A stretch of 64,000 nt of DNA from an uncultured Bacilli bacterium (GCA_934167665.1 CAKPLN010000005.1:33414-97413), one strand, 5' to 3'; counted from the stretch's first letter, positions 37,402 to 48,148 are shown. Notes: a model not told the origin generated them from the letters alone. Program-made: numbers and translations.

Positions 37402-38860
37402 CTATATCACTCTCACTTTCATCAAATAAGGATGCTTTGAATCCAACAGTAGATTTTCCAAAAACCTCATTATCATCTTCAATTTTTTTATCATCAGTAG
37501 TATCTTTTTCTTTGATATCTTCATCATCATTTAAATCACTATCAGAATTAATAGTATTATTATCAATGCCTTCTTCCATCTCACTATCTGTCTTCTTTTT
37601 ATCATAAACAATTTTTCCACCAACAGCCATAGATGCAGCGGCTACAATGGCACCACTAATGGCAATACCAGATTTTTTAATGCCATCACTTCCATTAAGC
37701 TTACTATTGGCTGATAAAGACGGAATTAAAAATTTACTATCAGCAGCAGAATCGGAAAGTAATGTATTACTTGGAATTGAATTATCATCGCCAAGTTCTA
37801 ACAATTCATCAGATGGTTCAAGTAAGGATAACATAGCACTACCGCCAACAACACCAGTCTGTCCATTGGCAGTTGGTATAACCATTTCTTCATCATCAGA
37901 TAAATCTTCTTCACTAGAAGAATTGTCTCCCGCATTACCAGAACCTCCACTATCCTCACTAGGTTGTGGAAGTCCGCCGCCTCCACCGCCGCCAAAATCA
38001 CCGCCTCCTCCTCCACCTGAAGGAGCCTTTTTTGTTTTAAGTAATTCATCTAATCCAGTCGAATCACCACCAGAATAGGCTAAAATAGCACCAATTACAT
38101 TATTTATGGTATTTCTGACAACACCAAATTCTGCTTCTATTTCACTCGAAATTTTACCCAATACCACACTGGCTCTTCTATCTATAATAAATTTATCATA
38201 AGGATATTCCAAAGAATCATAGAAATCATTATCATAACTTATAATAGACTTGAATGGTTCAATGAATTCACCTTTAGAACTGATTAAAGCTCTAATGGCA
38301 TCTGAAGTTACATTGGGGTCATAAAATATATAATCATCATTATACTTTAAATTTAAATTTTCATTTAAATTACCAAGATTGAAACCATCAAGAGGAATAT
38401 AAGCATTATCTGTATCTAGAGTTTCATCATCGCTAGTCACTGGATTAGCATCAGCATAATTTTTTAAAACCTGCTCCTTAGATTCATAATCGGTACCTAC
38501 ATCTAAACCACTAGCACTTAAAAGTTCAGCTTCCTTCATATCACCATATGTAGCCGCAAACTCACGTGATGTTTGCTCATATGAACGCTTTGTTTCTTCA
38601 TAAGCAGCAGTTGGATCTGAAATTATTGGTTGAAGTTGTTTTCCATCATCGCCAACTAAATCTTCACAGTGAGCCTCATCATAATACTTCAAAGTTAAAA
38701 TTTGGGCATTTAAATCATTTGAACCAGCCAAACCAGCATCCCAAAGAAGACTATTTAACGCTGGTGCACCATATCTCTCTGTAAATTCCTTGCGAGCAGT
38801 ATCATATATTACTTGCAAAGATTCAGTACTGTCAACTGGTCCTAAACTTTCACTAGCCAT
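37394..38860 (-). CDS. hypothetical acidic, Gly-rich, C-terminally TM-anchored protein (488 aa; start refined)
   Basis: The ATG at 38860 is preceded by GGAGGTGGAttt (MASESLGPVD...). The track's 13-aa N-terminal extension lacks an RBS. Contains GGGGGGDFGGGGGGG, a Ser/Asp/Glu-rich linker, one TM helix (IAISGAIVAAASMAVGG) and an acidic C-tail. Confidence 0.5.
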   Translation of the reverse strand: MASESLGPVDSTESLQVIYDTARKEFTERYGAPALNSLLWDAGLAGSNDLNAQILTLKYYDEAHCEDLVGDDGKQLQPIISDPTAAYEETKRSYEQTSREFAATYGDMKEAELLSASGLDVGTDYESKEQVLKNYADANPVTSDDETLDTDNAYIPLDGFNLGNLNENLNLKYNDDYIFYDPNVTSDAIRALISSKGEFIEPFKSIISYDNDFYDSLEYPYDKFIIDRRASVVLGKISSEIEAEFGVVRNTINNVIGAILAYSGGDSTGLDELLKTKKAPSGGGGGGDFGGGGGGGLPQPSEDSGGSGNAGDNSSSEEDLSDDEEMVIPTANGQTGVVGGSAMLSLLEPSDELLELGDDNSIPSNTLLSDSAADSKFLIPSLSANSKLNGSDGIKKSGIAISGAIVAAASMAVGGKIVYDKKKTDSEMEEGIDNNTINSDSDLNDDEDIKEKDTTDDKKIEDDNEVFGKSTVGFKASLFDESESDIDE

Positions 38861-38989
38861 AAATCCACCTCCAACTACCATTAAAAAAATACCAAACATT
38901 TAATATTAAACACATAAGTATCAATCCAATTATATAATTTAATAATACACCATAATAAAATTAATGGCAATAAAAAGTGTCAAATACAA

Positions 38990-39022
38990 ATATAAAAAAA
39001 TACACTTATCACTAAGTGTATT
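38990..39022 (-). terminator. terminator hairpin overlapping the lipoprotein gene stop
   Basis: AAUACACUUagugAUAAGUGUAUU plus a U-tract on the minus transcript. Confidence 0.5.
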
Positions 39023-39587
39023 ATCCTTCATATAGTCCATGTATTTTTTGTCTATCAATATCCGTAATATCATCAAGTACCCATTCATCTTTATCATTTT
39101 TAGTTAAATAGAACTTAATATCATATTTAGTTCTAGCTGTTACATTTTTTAATTGCTTAATTTTATAATCAATAAACTTTTTACTATTATTAATATCGCC
39201 TTCTACTGTACTATCATCTTTTTTGTCATCCAAAAATTCATCTATATGTTCTTGATAATATTCTTTAGATTTTTTTATAGAAGTAGCATAATCATAAACC
39301 TCTATCTCTACACTAACAGTAGCATTACCATCTTCAATCTCTTCATTTTTAATTTTATAAGATAAATTCTGATACTGCTTTTCCATTAATCCTCTATATT
39401 CTTTTTTCTCATCATCAGACATACTAGTATCTTTAGAAATAACTGAATCAAGTTGCGATAAAACGGCACTATCCATTGATTGATATTTACCTAAAAATTC
39501 TTCTACTTTTTTAGTAGGTGTAGCCTTCATACCACATCCCGTAACTAGCATCAACACTAAACTAAGTAAAATTAATACCTTTTTCAT
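39021..39587 (-). CDS. lipoprotein (188 aa)
   Basis: Signal peptide with the lipobox LVTGCG. Confidence 0.6.
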   Translation of the reverse strand: MKKVLILLSLVLMLVTGCGMKATPTKKVEEFLGKYQSMDSAVLSQLDSVISKDTSMSDDEKKEYRGLMEKQYQNLSYKIKNEEIEDGNATVSVEIEVYDYATSIKKSKEYYQEHIDEFLDDKKDDSTVEGDINNSKKFIDYKIKQLKNVTARTKYDIKFYLTKNDKDEWVLDDITDIDRQKIHGLYEG

Positions 39588-39628
39588 AATTTTCCCTCCA
39601 TTTATATCTTCAACAAAAAAAGAAAAAA

Positions 39629-41836
39629 TTATACTGTAAATTTTTTCTTTTTTATATCATAAACAAAATATCCAACATATCCTATCATCGCACCAATAGA
39701 AATTAATATACCAATTTTTAAACCAGGGACTTCATAGGAAAAATAAATTTCATTATCCCCACTGTTTACTTTAATTGCCATAAAACCATTATCAACTTTT
39801 TCAATTTTTACTTTTTCCCCATTAATAGTTGCCTCAAAACCACTATCATACGGTACAGTATAAATTACTAAAGCCGCACTACTAGAATTTATCTTAGAAT
39901 AAAAGCCATTACGTTCAAATCTAAAATCTTCAGACTTAACTATTGTATCATCATTAAACAAATCTCCATACTTTTTAATTTGTTCTTCATTTAATACTAC
40001 TCCATTATTTAAAAATTCTATTTTCCTATCATAATCTAACAAAGAAAAATTAGAGGCAGAAATATAACTATTAACACCAAAACCAATATCTTTAGCCGCA
40101 TTATTATAATATACTTTATACGGATATTTTTCATAAACCAAAGAATAATCTTCCAGATCATCATAACTACATCCAATAATATATTTAACTCCTAAAAAAT
40201 TATTCAATAGCTGATCATTAATATCAATTTCTGTAGAAACCATTCTATAATAATTAATACTATTATAAAATTCAAAATTACTACCATTAATATTAGAATT
40301 AAATGACTTTATATTATTAAATCTTCCAACTTCTCCTAAATTAAAAGCACAAGATTTAAGACTATTAGTACGACTATTACTATCTATTTCTAAATAATCA
40401 TTAACATTTAAATATTTTATATACCAGTCTTCTACACCAATATTCTTTTGTTTATAAACATAAACTACATAATTACCCCACACACTACCATAGATGAATA
40501 CTCCTAAAATTAAAAGAATTAATTTTTTCTTATGATCTTTATTTCTACAAACAAAATATGTATATATTAAATTAATAAGACTTATGATAATCATCAAAAT
40601 AAAATACTCTTTATCAAAAATAATATTAAAATCATTAATTCTTAAAGCATACACAAAAGTACCTAAAAGAAAAACTAAACATAACGCTCCATATATTTTC
40701 AATCCATCTTTGATATTATCAAGTTCTAAATCTAAATATTTAATAGAAACAAGACTTAGAATAAGTATAGGCATATAAAACCATCTAGCATAATATGTTG
40801 TATTAAACAAGAAAAACGCACTATTTAGTATTGGAATATTCATCATTAATACGCAAATCATTAATAAAATACTATCCCATTTCTTATAATTTTTAATCAA
40901 ATATGAAAGTGCTAAAACACAACCTGCAACAGGTAAATAAGCCTCAATACTACTATAATCAGCCTCTGTTAAAAGTGCTCTATAAGACATTGTTTGTGGT
41001 GCAAACAAAAAACCTCTAAGTATCTCTATATAATTTTTAATTGGATGTTTTATAGCTTCAATTAGTGTCCAACCACCACCTAGTCTTGGATTAGAAAGTG
41101 TAAATAAAAAAGTTGGAATTAAAACAAAGGCAGCCATCAAAGTACCTAAAATACTCTCTAATAAAATTGTTTTAAACTTGGTAATTTCAAAATGATATTC
41201 CTTTGTAAATACTTTAACAAAAAAGTAAATTATCACAAAAACAACTTCTCCAATAAAGAAGAACCAATTAGTTAAAGCTAATAAGAAAACAACTACACCA
41301 AATAAATGTTTTTTATCATCATACATTAAATTATCTAAACTATATAAAAGTAATGGGAAAAAAGCCACTACATCATGAAAATGAAAAAATAAAACATTAG
41401 TAAGTTGAAATCCCGAAAAAGAATATAATAAAGAACCAAGTACAGCATAGTTTTTATTTTTAACATATCTCTGTAAAAATAAGTAAGCAGTAAAACCACT
41501 AACTGCATATTTTAATATCAAAAGTATTCCAGCTAAATAAGGAAAAAATTTAGCTGGAAATAAATATCCTATCATATTAAATGGACTAAAAAGATTATAA
41601 AAACTATAAGTTCCAATAAAATTACTACCTAGTTCATTATACCAAGTCCAAAAAATACTACCTTCTTTTATAGAATTATTTATGTTTATATTAAATGGTA
41701 TTTGTTGAAAATTATAATCAGCCATTAGAGAAAACATTCCCTTACCAGTTATAATCCAAGGTAAAGTAATAATAGTTCCTAATAAAAATGATAATAGAAA
41801 AGACAATAAAGCTTTATTTTTAATAATTTTTTTCAT
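39629..41836 (-). CDS. YfhO-like polytopic membrane glycosyltransferase-family protein
   Basis: 735 aa with more than 12 TM helices in the N-terminal two-thirds and a C-terminal extracytoplasmic domain. Architecture only. Confidence 0.4.
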   Translation of the reverse strand: MKKIIKNKALLSFLLSFLLGTIITLPWIITGKGMFSLMADYNFQQIPFNININNSIKEGSIFWTWYNELGSNFIGTYSFYNLFSPFNMIGYLFPAKFFPYLAGILLILKYAVSGFTAYLFLQRYVKNKNYAVLGSLLYSFSGFQLTNVLFFHFHDVVAFFPLLLYSLDNLMYDDKKHLFGVVVFLLALTNWFFFIGEVVFVIIYFFVKVFTKEYHFEITKFKTILLESILGTLMAAFVLIPTFLFTLSNPRLGGGWTLIEAIKHPIKNYIEILRGFLFAPQTMSYRALLTEADYSSIEAYLPVAGCVLALSYLIKNYKKWDSILLMICVLMMNIPILNSAFFLFNTTYYARWFYMPILILSLVSIKYLDLELDNIKDGLKIYGALCLVFLLGTFVYALRINDFNIIFDKEYFILMIIISLINLIYTYFVCRNKDHKKKLILLILGVFIYGSVWGNYVVYVYKQKNIGVEDWYIKYLNVNDYLEIDSNSRTNSLKSCAFNLGEVGRFNNIKSFNSNINGSNFEFYNSINYYRMVSTEIDINDQLLNNFLGVKYIIGCSYDDLEDYSLVYEKYPYKVYYNNAAKDIGFGVNSYISASNFSLLDYDRKIEFLNNGVVLNEEQIKKYGDLFNDDTIVKSEDFRFERNGFYSKINSSSAALVIYTVPYDSGFEATINGEKVKIEKVDNGFMAIKVNSGDNEIYFSYEVPGLKIGILISIGAMIGYVGYFVYDIKKKKFTV

Positions 41837-41891
41837 ATAACAACTCCATCTATAAAGAAAAAATACAAAACTATTTTGTATTTTTTATATT

Positions 41892-43271
41892 TTAAAACTC
41901 ACAATTTCCTGGAGTTCTAGGATAAGGAATAACATCACGGATATTCTCAACACCTGTTAAGTAAATAAGAAGTCTCTCAAATCCCATACCAAAGCCTGAA
42001 TGAACACAACCACCAAATTTACGTAAATTTAAGTACCATTCTAAGCCTTCTTTATTCATTTTTAACTCATCCATACGATTAACTAACTTGTCATAATCTT
42101 CTTCTCTTTGTGATCCGCCAATTAATTCCCCTGCACCAGGTACTTCTAGATCAACAGCTGCTACTGTCTTACCATCAGGATTTTGTTTCATATAGAATGC
42201 TTTAATATCCTTTGGCCAGTTCTTAATAAATACTGGACTATTAAAATACTCTGTAATATATTTTTCATGCTCTTTAGCAATATCTTCTCCATATTCTGGT
42301 TCAAATTCCCATTTAACTTTAGCTTCTTTAAGAATTCTGATTACTTCTTCATGATCAATTCTTACAAATTTACTATTAAGTAATTTATGTAGTTTATCAA
42401 GTAAGCCTTTTTCTACAAATTGATCAAAAAATTCCATTTCTGCTTTAGCATTATCTAAAACATATTTAACGATATATTTTAACATATCTTCTTCAATATC
42501 CATAACTTGTTCTAAATCACAAAAAGCAATTTCTGGTTCAATCATCCAAAACTCATTAGCATGGGTTTTAGTATTAGAATTTTCTGCTCTAAATGTTGGA
42601 CCAAAAGTATAAGTTCTCTTATATGATAAAGCAAATGTTTCAGCCTGTAATTGACCACTTACTGTAAGAGATGCTGGTTTACCAAAGAAATCTTTACTAT
42701 AATCAACTTTGCCATCTTTTGCTACTCTATTTAAATCAAGTGTTGTTACTTGAAACATTTCTCCTGCCCCTTCACAATCACTAGCTGTAATAAGTGGAGC
42801 ATGGAAATATACATAGCCATGTTCTTGAAAATACTTATGTATGGCATAAGCAGCTATACTTCTTACTCTAAAAACTGCACTAAATAAGTTAGTTCTAGGT
42901 CTAAGATAGGCTTGTTCTCTTAAAAACTCTCTTGAATGTCTTTTTGGTTGAATTGGATAATCCTCTGGACAATCTCCAAGTAAAGAAATATTAATAACTT
43001 GTATCTCAAAATCTTGACCCTTAGCCGGAGATTCTATTACTCTACCCTTAATTTCAATTGCTGAACCTATTCTTAACTTTTGAATTTCATCAAAATCAGC
43101 TAATTTATTGTCATAAACAACTTGTACAGATTTAAAATAAGTACCATCATTAAAATCTATAAAACCAAATTCTTTTTGTTTACGATGATTTCTAATCCAT
43201 CCTTGTAAAACAACCTCTTTATCCATATAATCTTTTAATTTTACATATAAATCTTTAACATCAATAGCCAT
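41892..43271 (-). CDS. asnS: asparagine--tRNA ligase
   Basis: 459 aa class IIb aaRS with an N-terminal OB fold and C-terminal GFGMGFERLLIYLTGVENIRDVIPYPRT. Confidence 0.85.
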   Translation of the reverse strand: MAIDVKDLYVKLKDYMDKEVVLQGWIRNHRKQKEFGFIDFNDGTYFKSVQVVYDNKLADFDEIQKLRIGSAIEIKGRVIESPAKGQDFEIQVINISLLGDCPEDYPIQPKRHSREFLREQAYLRPRTNLFSAVFRVRSIAAYAIHKYFQEHGYVYFHAPLITASDCEGAGEMFQVTTLDLNRVAKDGKVDYSKDFFGKPASLTVSGQLQAETFALSYKRTYTFGPTFRAENSNTKTHANEFWMIEPEIAFCDLEQVMDIEEDMLKYIVKYVLDNAKAEMEFFDQFVEKGLLDKLHKLLNSKFVRIDHEEVIRILKEAKVKWEFEPEYGEDIAKEHEKYITEYFNSPVFIKNWPKDIKAFYMKQNPDGKTVAAVDLEVPGAGELIGGSQREEDYDKLVNRMDELKMNKEGLEWYLNLRKFGGCVHSGFGMGFERLLIYLTGVENIRDVIPYPRTPGNCEF

Positions 43272-43281
43272 AATCTAACAC

Positions 43282-44445
43282 CTAACCTTTCATATTATAA
43301 GCTATCTTCCAAGCTAATATTCTTTTAACTGCTGTATCTATTTTTACAATATCAATTTCTTTATTATTAACAGCGTTTAACACTTCATTATACATATTAA
43401 CAAAATCAGAAGTAATAATCAAATCATTCCCTGCATTAATTGCTAAAACAGAAGCTATACCATTCGTAGCATAATCCCTAACTGCTCCCATCGCTAAATC
43501 ATCAGTTATAACAATTCCACTAAAATTAAGTTTATTTCTAAGTTCTGAAATAACTTTTTCACTAAGACTAGCTGGATACACATCATCTATACAATTAACA
43601 ATATTATGTGAAACTAAAATAGCTGGTACTAAAGAATCAATTCCACTCTCAAAAGGTAAATAATCACTAGAAGTAAAATTATCATAGCTCCTATTATCAT
43701 AAACAATAGCATTATGGGTATCTTTATTATTTCCATAACCAGGAAAATGCTTTAAACATGAAGAAATCTTCTCTTCATTAGCATAAGTAACCATATTCTT
43801 TATAAATTCTTTCGTTTCAGTTGCATCCATTCCAAAAGATCTATTATAAATAAAATCATTAGGATCAGTTGAAACATCAGCAACAGGAGCTAAATTTAGA
43901 TTAATACCAATACTAAGTAATAACCTTGCTTTTTCTCTTTCTACTTCTTCTAATAATGGATAACCTCCCTGATCATAAACACTTCTAGGAGAAGGGAACT
44001 TTTCACTTCTAAAGTTTTTAAATCTACTAACTCTAGTAACATATCCTCCTTCTTCATCAACTGCCATTACCAAAGGAATTTTACTCAGCTTTTGTAAATT
44101 ATCTATTTCACTTCTAATTGAATCTTTAGTTTGATCTTGGAAATCTTTAGCAAATAAAATATATCCACCAGGATTATAATTAGAAACTTCATAAATAGCA
44201 GAATCTCTATCATATCTAACTAAAAATAACTGTCCTACTTTTTCTTCTAAACTCATCTTCTCTAACTCTTTTGAAGCTTCAAGATAATATTTTTCAAATA
44301 ATTCATGCTTTTTTATAGTAGTAGGACTATCATCATTATGTCTAATATCATCATTAATATTATCACTAACTAAATATTTCTTAACCAAAAATAAACTTAA
44401 ACTACTAATTACTACTATTAATAAAATTATTAGTACTTTTTTCAT
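43282..44445 (-). CDS. glycoside hydrolase family 3 beta-N-acetylhexosaminidase (NagZ-like), secreted or anchored
   Basis: KHFPGYG motif and an N-terminal TM/signal. Confidence 0.75.
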   Translation of the reverse strand: MKKVLIILLIVVISSLSLFLVKKYLVSDNINDDIRHNDDSPTTIKKHELFEKYYLEASKELEKMSLEEKVGQLFLVRYDRDSAIYEVSNYNPGGYILFAKDFQDQTKDSIRSEIDNLQKLSKIPLVMAVDEEGGYVTRVSRFKNFRSEKFPSPRSVYDQGGYPLLEEVEREKARLLLSIGINLNLAPVADVSTDPNDFIYNRSFGMDATETKEFIKNMVTYANEEKISSCLKHFPGYGNNKDTHNAIVYDNRSYDNFTSSDYLPFESGIDSLVPAILVSHNIVNCIDDVYPASLSEKVISELRNKLNFSGIVITDDLAMGAVRDYATNGIASVLAINAGNDLIITSDFVNMYNEVLNAVNNKEIDIVKIDTAVKRILAWKIAYNMKG

Positions 44446-44453
44446 ATCTTTAC

Positions 44454-45305
44454 CTATTTATTCATAATTTTCTTAAATTCTGTAGGATTAGCAACTTCAA
44501 ATAAAATATCTTTCTTAATAGTAGGATAATAAATCTTTAATCTATTAGCATGTAAGTAAAGTCTTCCTTCACTATCTTTAATATTACTATATTTTTTATC
44601 TCCAACTATTGGATTTCCCATCGAAGCAAAAGCCACTCTAATTTGATTCTTACGTCCCGTTTCAATATTTATATTAACTAAAGAATAATTATCATTTTCT
44701 TTTATAACTTTATAATTAGTTATAGCTTCCTTACCATCACCATTCCTACTAACATAAACCAAATTAGTCTTAGTTTCTTTTAAAGTTTGAACAACTCTAC
44801 CACTATTATTTTTAAGTTTACCATGAACAACAGCTACATATTCTCTTAAAGTAACATACTCATTCCAATTTTCTTGTAACTGATTTTTAATCTTTTCATT
44901 TTTAGCAAAAATAACAATACCACTAGTATCTTTATCAAGTCTATGAACTATAAATACTCTAGCATTTTTATCTTTCGATTTTAAGTAATCTGAAATTATA
45001 TGATATAAAGTTTTTTCTTTTTCTTTATTAGTAGCAATAGTTAATAAACCACTTGGTTTATTAACAACAATAATTTCCTCATCTTCAAAAACAACATCAA
45101 ATGGTAATACTTTCTTATTTTTATTATTAGTATCAATAACAATATCCATACCACTAACCAATCTATAATTATACTTAGTTGTTTTTACATTATTTACATA
45201 TATAGCCCCATGTACTAAATATTGCTTTATTTTTTTCTTAGGCATATCTAGATTATTATATAAGTAATCTAATAATTCACCATCATGATTAACTTTTAAT
45301 TTCAT
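44454..45305 (-). CDS. RluA-family pseudouridine synthase with N-terminal S4 domain
   Basis: HRLDKDTSGIVIFAKN catalytic motif. Confidence 0.85.
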   Translation of the reverse strand: MKLKVNHDGELLDYLYNNLDMPKKKIKQYLVHGAIYVNNVKTTKYNYRLVSGMDIVIDTNNKNKKVLPFDVVFEDEEIIVVNKPSGLLTIATNKEKEKTLYHIISDYLKSKDKNARVFIVHRLDKDTSGIVIFAKNEKIKNQLQENWNEYVTLREYVAVVHGKLKNNSGRVVQTLKETKTNLVYVSRNGDGKEAITNYKVIKENDNYSLVNINIETGRKNQIRVAFASMGNPIVGDKKYSNIKDSEGRLYLHANRLKIYYPTIKKDILFEVANPTEFKKIMNK

Positions 45306-45394
45306 ACTGCCTCCTTACATATTTATTATTATAATACATATTAAATAATAAATAAAAGATAATTTAAAAAAAGTATGCTAGACTTCTAACATAC

Positions 45395-47557
45395 TTATCT
45401 TTGTATTAAGCTTAAACTTACTTTTCCCTTTTCTAAGGAAATATCATCAACATAACAGTCAACTATATCACCAACACTAACAACTTCACTAGGATGTTTA
45501 ATATATTTAGTAGTTAGTTTAGAAATATGAGCTAATCCATCATTATGTAAACCAATATCAATAAAAGCTCCAAAGTCCACAACATTTCTAACTGTTCCTT
45601 GTAATTTCATACCCACTGTTAAATCTTTAATATCTAAAATATCACTTTTAAGTATCGGTTGTGGCATTTCATCACGTGGATCTAAATTAGGTTTCTTTAA
45701 AGATGCGACTACATCTTCTAAAGTATAAATATCAGTATTATATTTTTCCCTATATTCATCTAAATTAATATTATTTAATTTATCTATTAAGTTTTTACTA
45801 CCAATATCTTTTTTAGAAAAACCTAAATCTTCTAGTAATTTTAAAGCTATATCATAACTTTCAGGATGAATAGCTGTTGAATCTAAAATATTATCTCCAT
45901 CTACTACTCTTAAAAATCCAATAGCTTGCTCGTATGCTTTATCTGTTAATAATTTTTCTTTTTTAATTTCTTCACGAGATGTAATTTTTCCTTTTTTATT
46001 ACGATAGTCAATAATCTTATCAATAGCCTTTTTAGTAATACCAGCAACATATCCTAATAAAGCAGATGAAGCCGTATTAACATTAACTCCTACACTATTA
46101 ACACACTTTTCTACTACAAAGTCTAAAGACTCTGAAAGCTTCTTTTGTGATACATCATGTTGATACAAACCAACACCAATTCCTTCAGGTGGAATTTTAA
46201 CAAGTTCTGCTAATGGATCTTGTAACCTTCTTCCAATACTAACAGCGCTTCTTTTTTCAACTGCCAAGTCAGGAAATTCACTAATCGCAAGTGGTGAAGC
46301 ACTATATATAGAAGCTCCAGCTTCAGAAACAATCACATATTTACAAGAAAGATTATATTCTTTAATCATTTCTGCACAAAATTTTTCAGACTCTCTAGAT
46401 GCCGTACCATTTCCTATCGCAATAATATCAACATTATATTTCTTAATAAGATTAACAACTACTTCTTTACTAAGCCTAATTCTCTCTTCTGAATTCCCAT
46501 TCATAAAAGGTTTAATAACCGTTGAATCTAAATATTTACCATTCTTATCAACTACTGCTAGCTTACATCCATTAACAAATCCTGGATCAAAAGCTAATAC
46601 CACTTGTTCCTTCATTGGTGGAGTCAAAAGTAATGCCTCTAAGTTCTTACCAAAATTATCAATAGCAGCATCATTACCAATTTCTGTTAAATCACTTCTA
46701 ATTTCTCTAATTATCGAAGGTTCAATTAATCTCTTATATGAATCATTAATCGCATCTTTTACAAGTACTACAACAAAAGACTTATTATTCTTAATTAATT
46801 TCTTTTCTAAATAACCAATCACTTCATCCTTATTAGCCTCAATAGAAACAGAAAGTATTTTCTCTTTCTCTCCTCGATTTAAAGCTAAGATTCTATGAGG
46901 TTTAATACTCTTAACAGCTTCACTATAATCATAATACATTTCATAGGTCTTATTAGGATCATCAGCATTCTTTTTAACTGTTGAAGTAATAATACCATTC
47001 TTATAAAAATAACTTCTTATAAACTTTCTATAACTAGCATTATCACTAATCCACTCAGCAATAATATATTTAGCACCCTCAAGACAAGCTTCACTAGATA
47101 AATTATCCTTCTCAAATTTCTTTGTAATATCTTCCACACTACCAGTTAAAGGAAAACTCATAATTATTTTGGCTAAATCTTCAAGTCCTAAAGCAATAGC
47201 TTCTGTAGCTTTAGTTTTCTTCTTTTCTTTATATGGTCTATATAAATCTTCAACTTCGACAAGTCTACTACAATTCATAATGCTATTTTTAAGATCATCC
47301 GTCAATAAACCCTTCTCATCAATTAATCTAATAACATCTTCTTTTCTTTTTAATAAGTTTACCTGATACTCATATACTTCATTAATCTTTCTAATAGCTT
47401 CCTCATCTAAAGCCCCAGTAACCTCTTTACGATATCTCGCAATAAAAGGAATAGTATTACCATCTTCTAACAAAGAAAGAACAGTTGAAACCTGTTTTTC
47501 TGAAATATTTAAATCTTTTGCTATACTACTAATAATTAATTCATTCATTAAAATCAC
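45395..47557 (-). CDS. tex: Tex-like RNA-binding transcription accessory protein
   Basis: 720 aa with a YqgF/RNase-H-like centre, HhH and a C-terminal S1 domain. Confidence 0.85.
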   Translation of the reverse strand: MILMNELIISSIAKDLNISEKQVSTVLSLLEDGNTIPFIARYRKEVTGALDEEAIRKINEVYEYQVNLLKRKEDVIRLIDEKGLLTDDLKNSIMNCSRLVEVEDLYRPYKEKKKTKATEAIALGLEDLAKIIMSFPLTGSVEDITKKFEKDNLSSEACLEGAKYIIAEWISDNASYRKFIRSYFYKNGIITSTVKKNADDPNKTYEMYYDYSEAVKSIKPHRILALNRGEKEKILSVSIEANKDEVIGYLEKKLIKNNKSFVVVLVKDAINDSYKRLIEPSIIREIRSDLTEIGNDAAIDNFGKNLEALLLTPPMKEQVVLAFDPGFVNGCKLAVVDKNGKYLDSTVIKPFMNGNSEERIRLSKEVVVNLIKKYNVDIIAIGNGTASRESEKFCAEMIKEYNLSCKYVIVSEAGASIYSASPLAISEFPDLAVEKRSAVSIGRRLQDPLAELVKIPPEGIGVGLYQHDVSQKKLSESLDFVVEKCVNSVGVNVNTASSALLGYVAGITKKAIDKIIDYRNKKGKITSREEIKKEKLLTDKAYEQAIGFLRVVDGDNILDSTAIHPESYDIALKLLEDLGFSKKDIGSKNLIDKLNNINLDEYREKYNTDIYTLEDVVASLKKPNLDPRDEMPQPILKSDILDIKDLTVGMKLQGTVRNVVDFGAFIDIGLHNDGLAHISKLTTKYIKHPSEVVSVGDIVDCYVDDISLEKGKVSLSLIQR

Positions 47558-47574
47558 CTTATATCTATATAATA

Positions 47575-48147
47575 TTATAAAAATTCTTCATAAACTTCAC
47601 TATGTTTTATTTTTCTTAAAGAACATATCTTATCAATTAAAATATCATTTGAAAGATTCTTCCTAACTACTTCAACCACATATTTATTTTTAATCTTCTT
47701 ATAAGAAAAATCAACATCAATATTAAGCTTTTCTAGTCCACACCCAATAATATCCAAATCCCTCTTATTACAAACTATTTCTAACTTATAAATTTCTTCA
47801 TCTTTTAAATTTCTAATTAAAAAATGTCCTTTTAAAGAAACTCCATATATTTTATAAAAAGAAAAGTTAGTTATAATTTTTTCTATTATTTTACTATCAA
47901 TCTTTTTATAAAATAAAGTTTCATTACCGTTAACATCATATAAGACAGCCCCATCAGCAATAATGTAATCAATAAAAGGAAAATCATGATTATATTTTAA
48001 TATATCATAGATATACTTATCTGAATAAACGCAAAATAATGCCCCATTACTTCTAATATCATCAATCTTTAAAATTTTTGATACACTTATTGCTTCTTCT
48101 TCATTAATTAACGTATTATCAAAACTACAGACTACAAGCTTATTCAT
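47575..48147 (-). CDS. hypothetical protein, weakly HAD-like (190 aa)
   Basis: N-terminal VVCSFDNTL is a degenerate HAD motif I. Low confidence. Confidence 0.3.
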   Translation of the reverse strand: MNKLVVCSFDNTLINEEEAISVSKILKIDDIRSNGALFCVYSDKYIYDILKYNHDFPFIDYIIADGAVLYDVNGNETLFYKKIDSKIIEKIITNFSFYKIYGVSLKGHFLIRNLKDEEIYKLEIVCNKRDLDIIGCGLEKLNIDVDFSYKKIKNKYVVEVVRKNLSNDILIDKICSLRKIKHSEVYEEFL

Positions 48148-48148
48148 T

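Noticed and set aside
37647-38784. ORFs of 143, 83 and 72 aa within or antisense to the 488-aa Gly/acidic protein gene, plus the track's 13-aa N-terminal extension (MFGIFLMVVGGGF) of that gene
   Set aside because: The Pro-rich 143-aa frame is the antisense reading of the Gly-codon tract. The N-terminal extension lacks an RBS, whereas the ATG at 38860 has GGAGGTGG 7 nt upstream.
39153-39365. 70-aa plus-strand ORF inside the lipoprotein gene
   Set aside because: Antisense; Ile/Phe-rich junk.
40584-40778. 64-aa plus-strand ORF inside the YfhO-like gene
   Set aside because: Antisense; low complexity.
42183-42383. 66-aa plus-strand ORF inside asnS
   Set aside because: Antisense to a conserved aaRS.
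47169-47366. 65-aa plus-strand ORF inside tex
   Set aside because: Antisense to a conserved gene.
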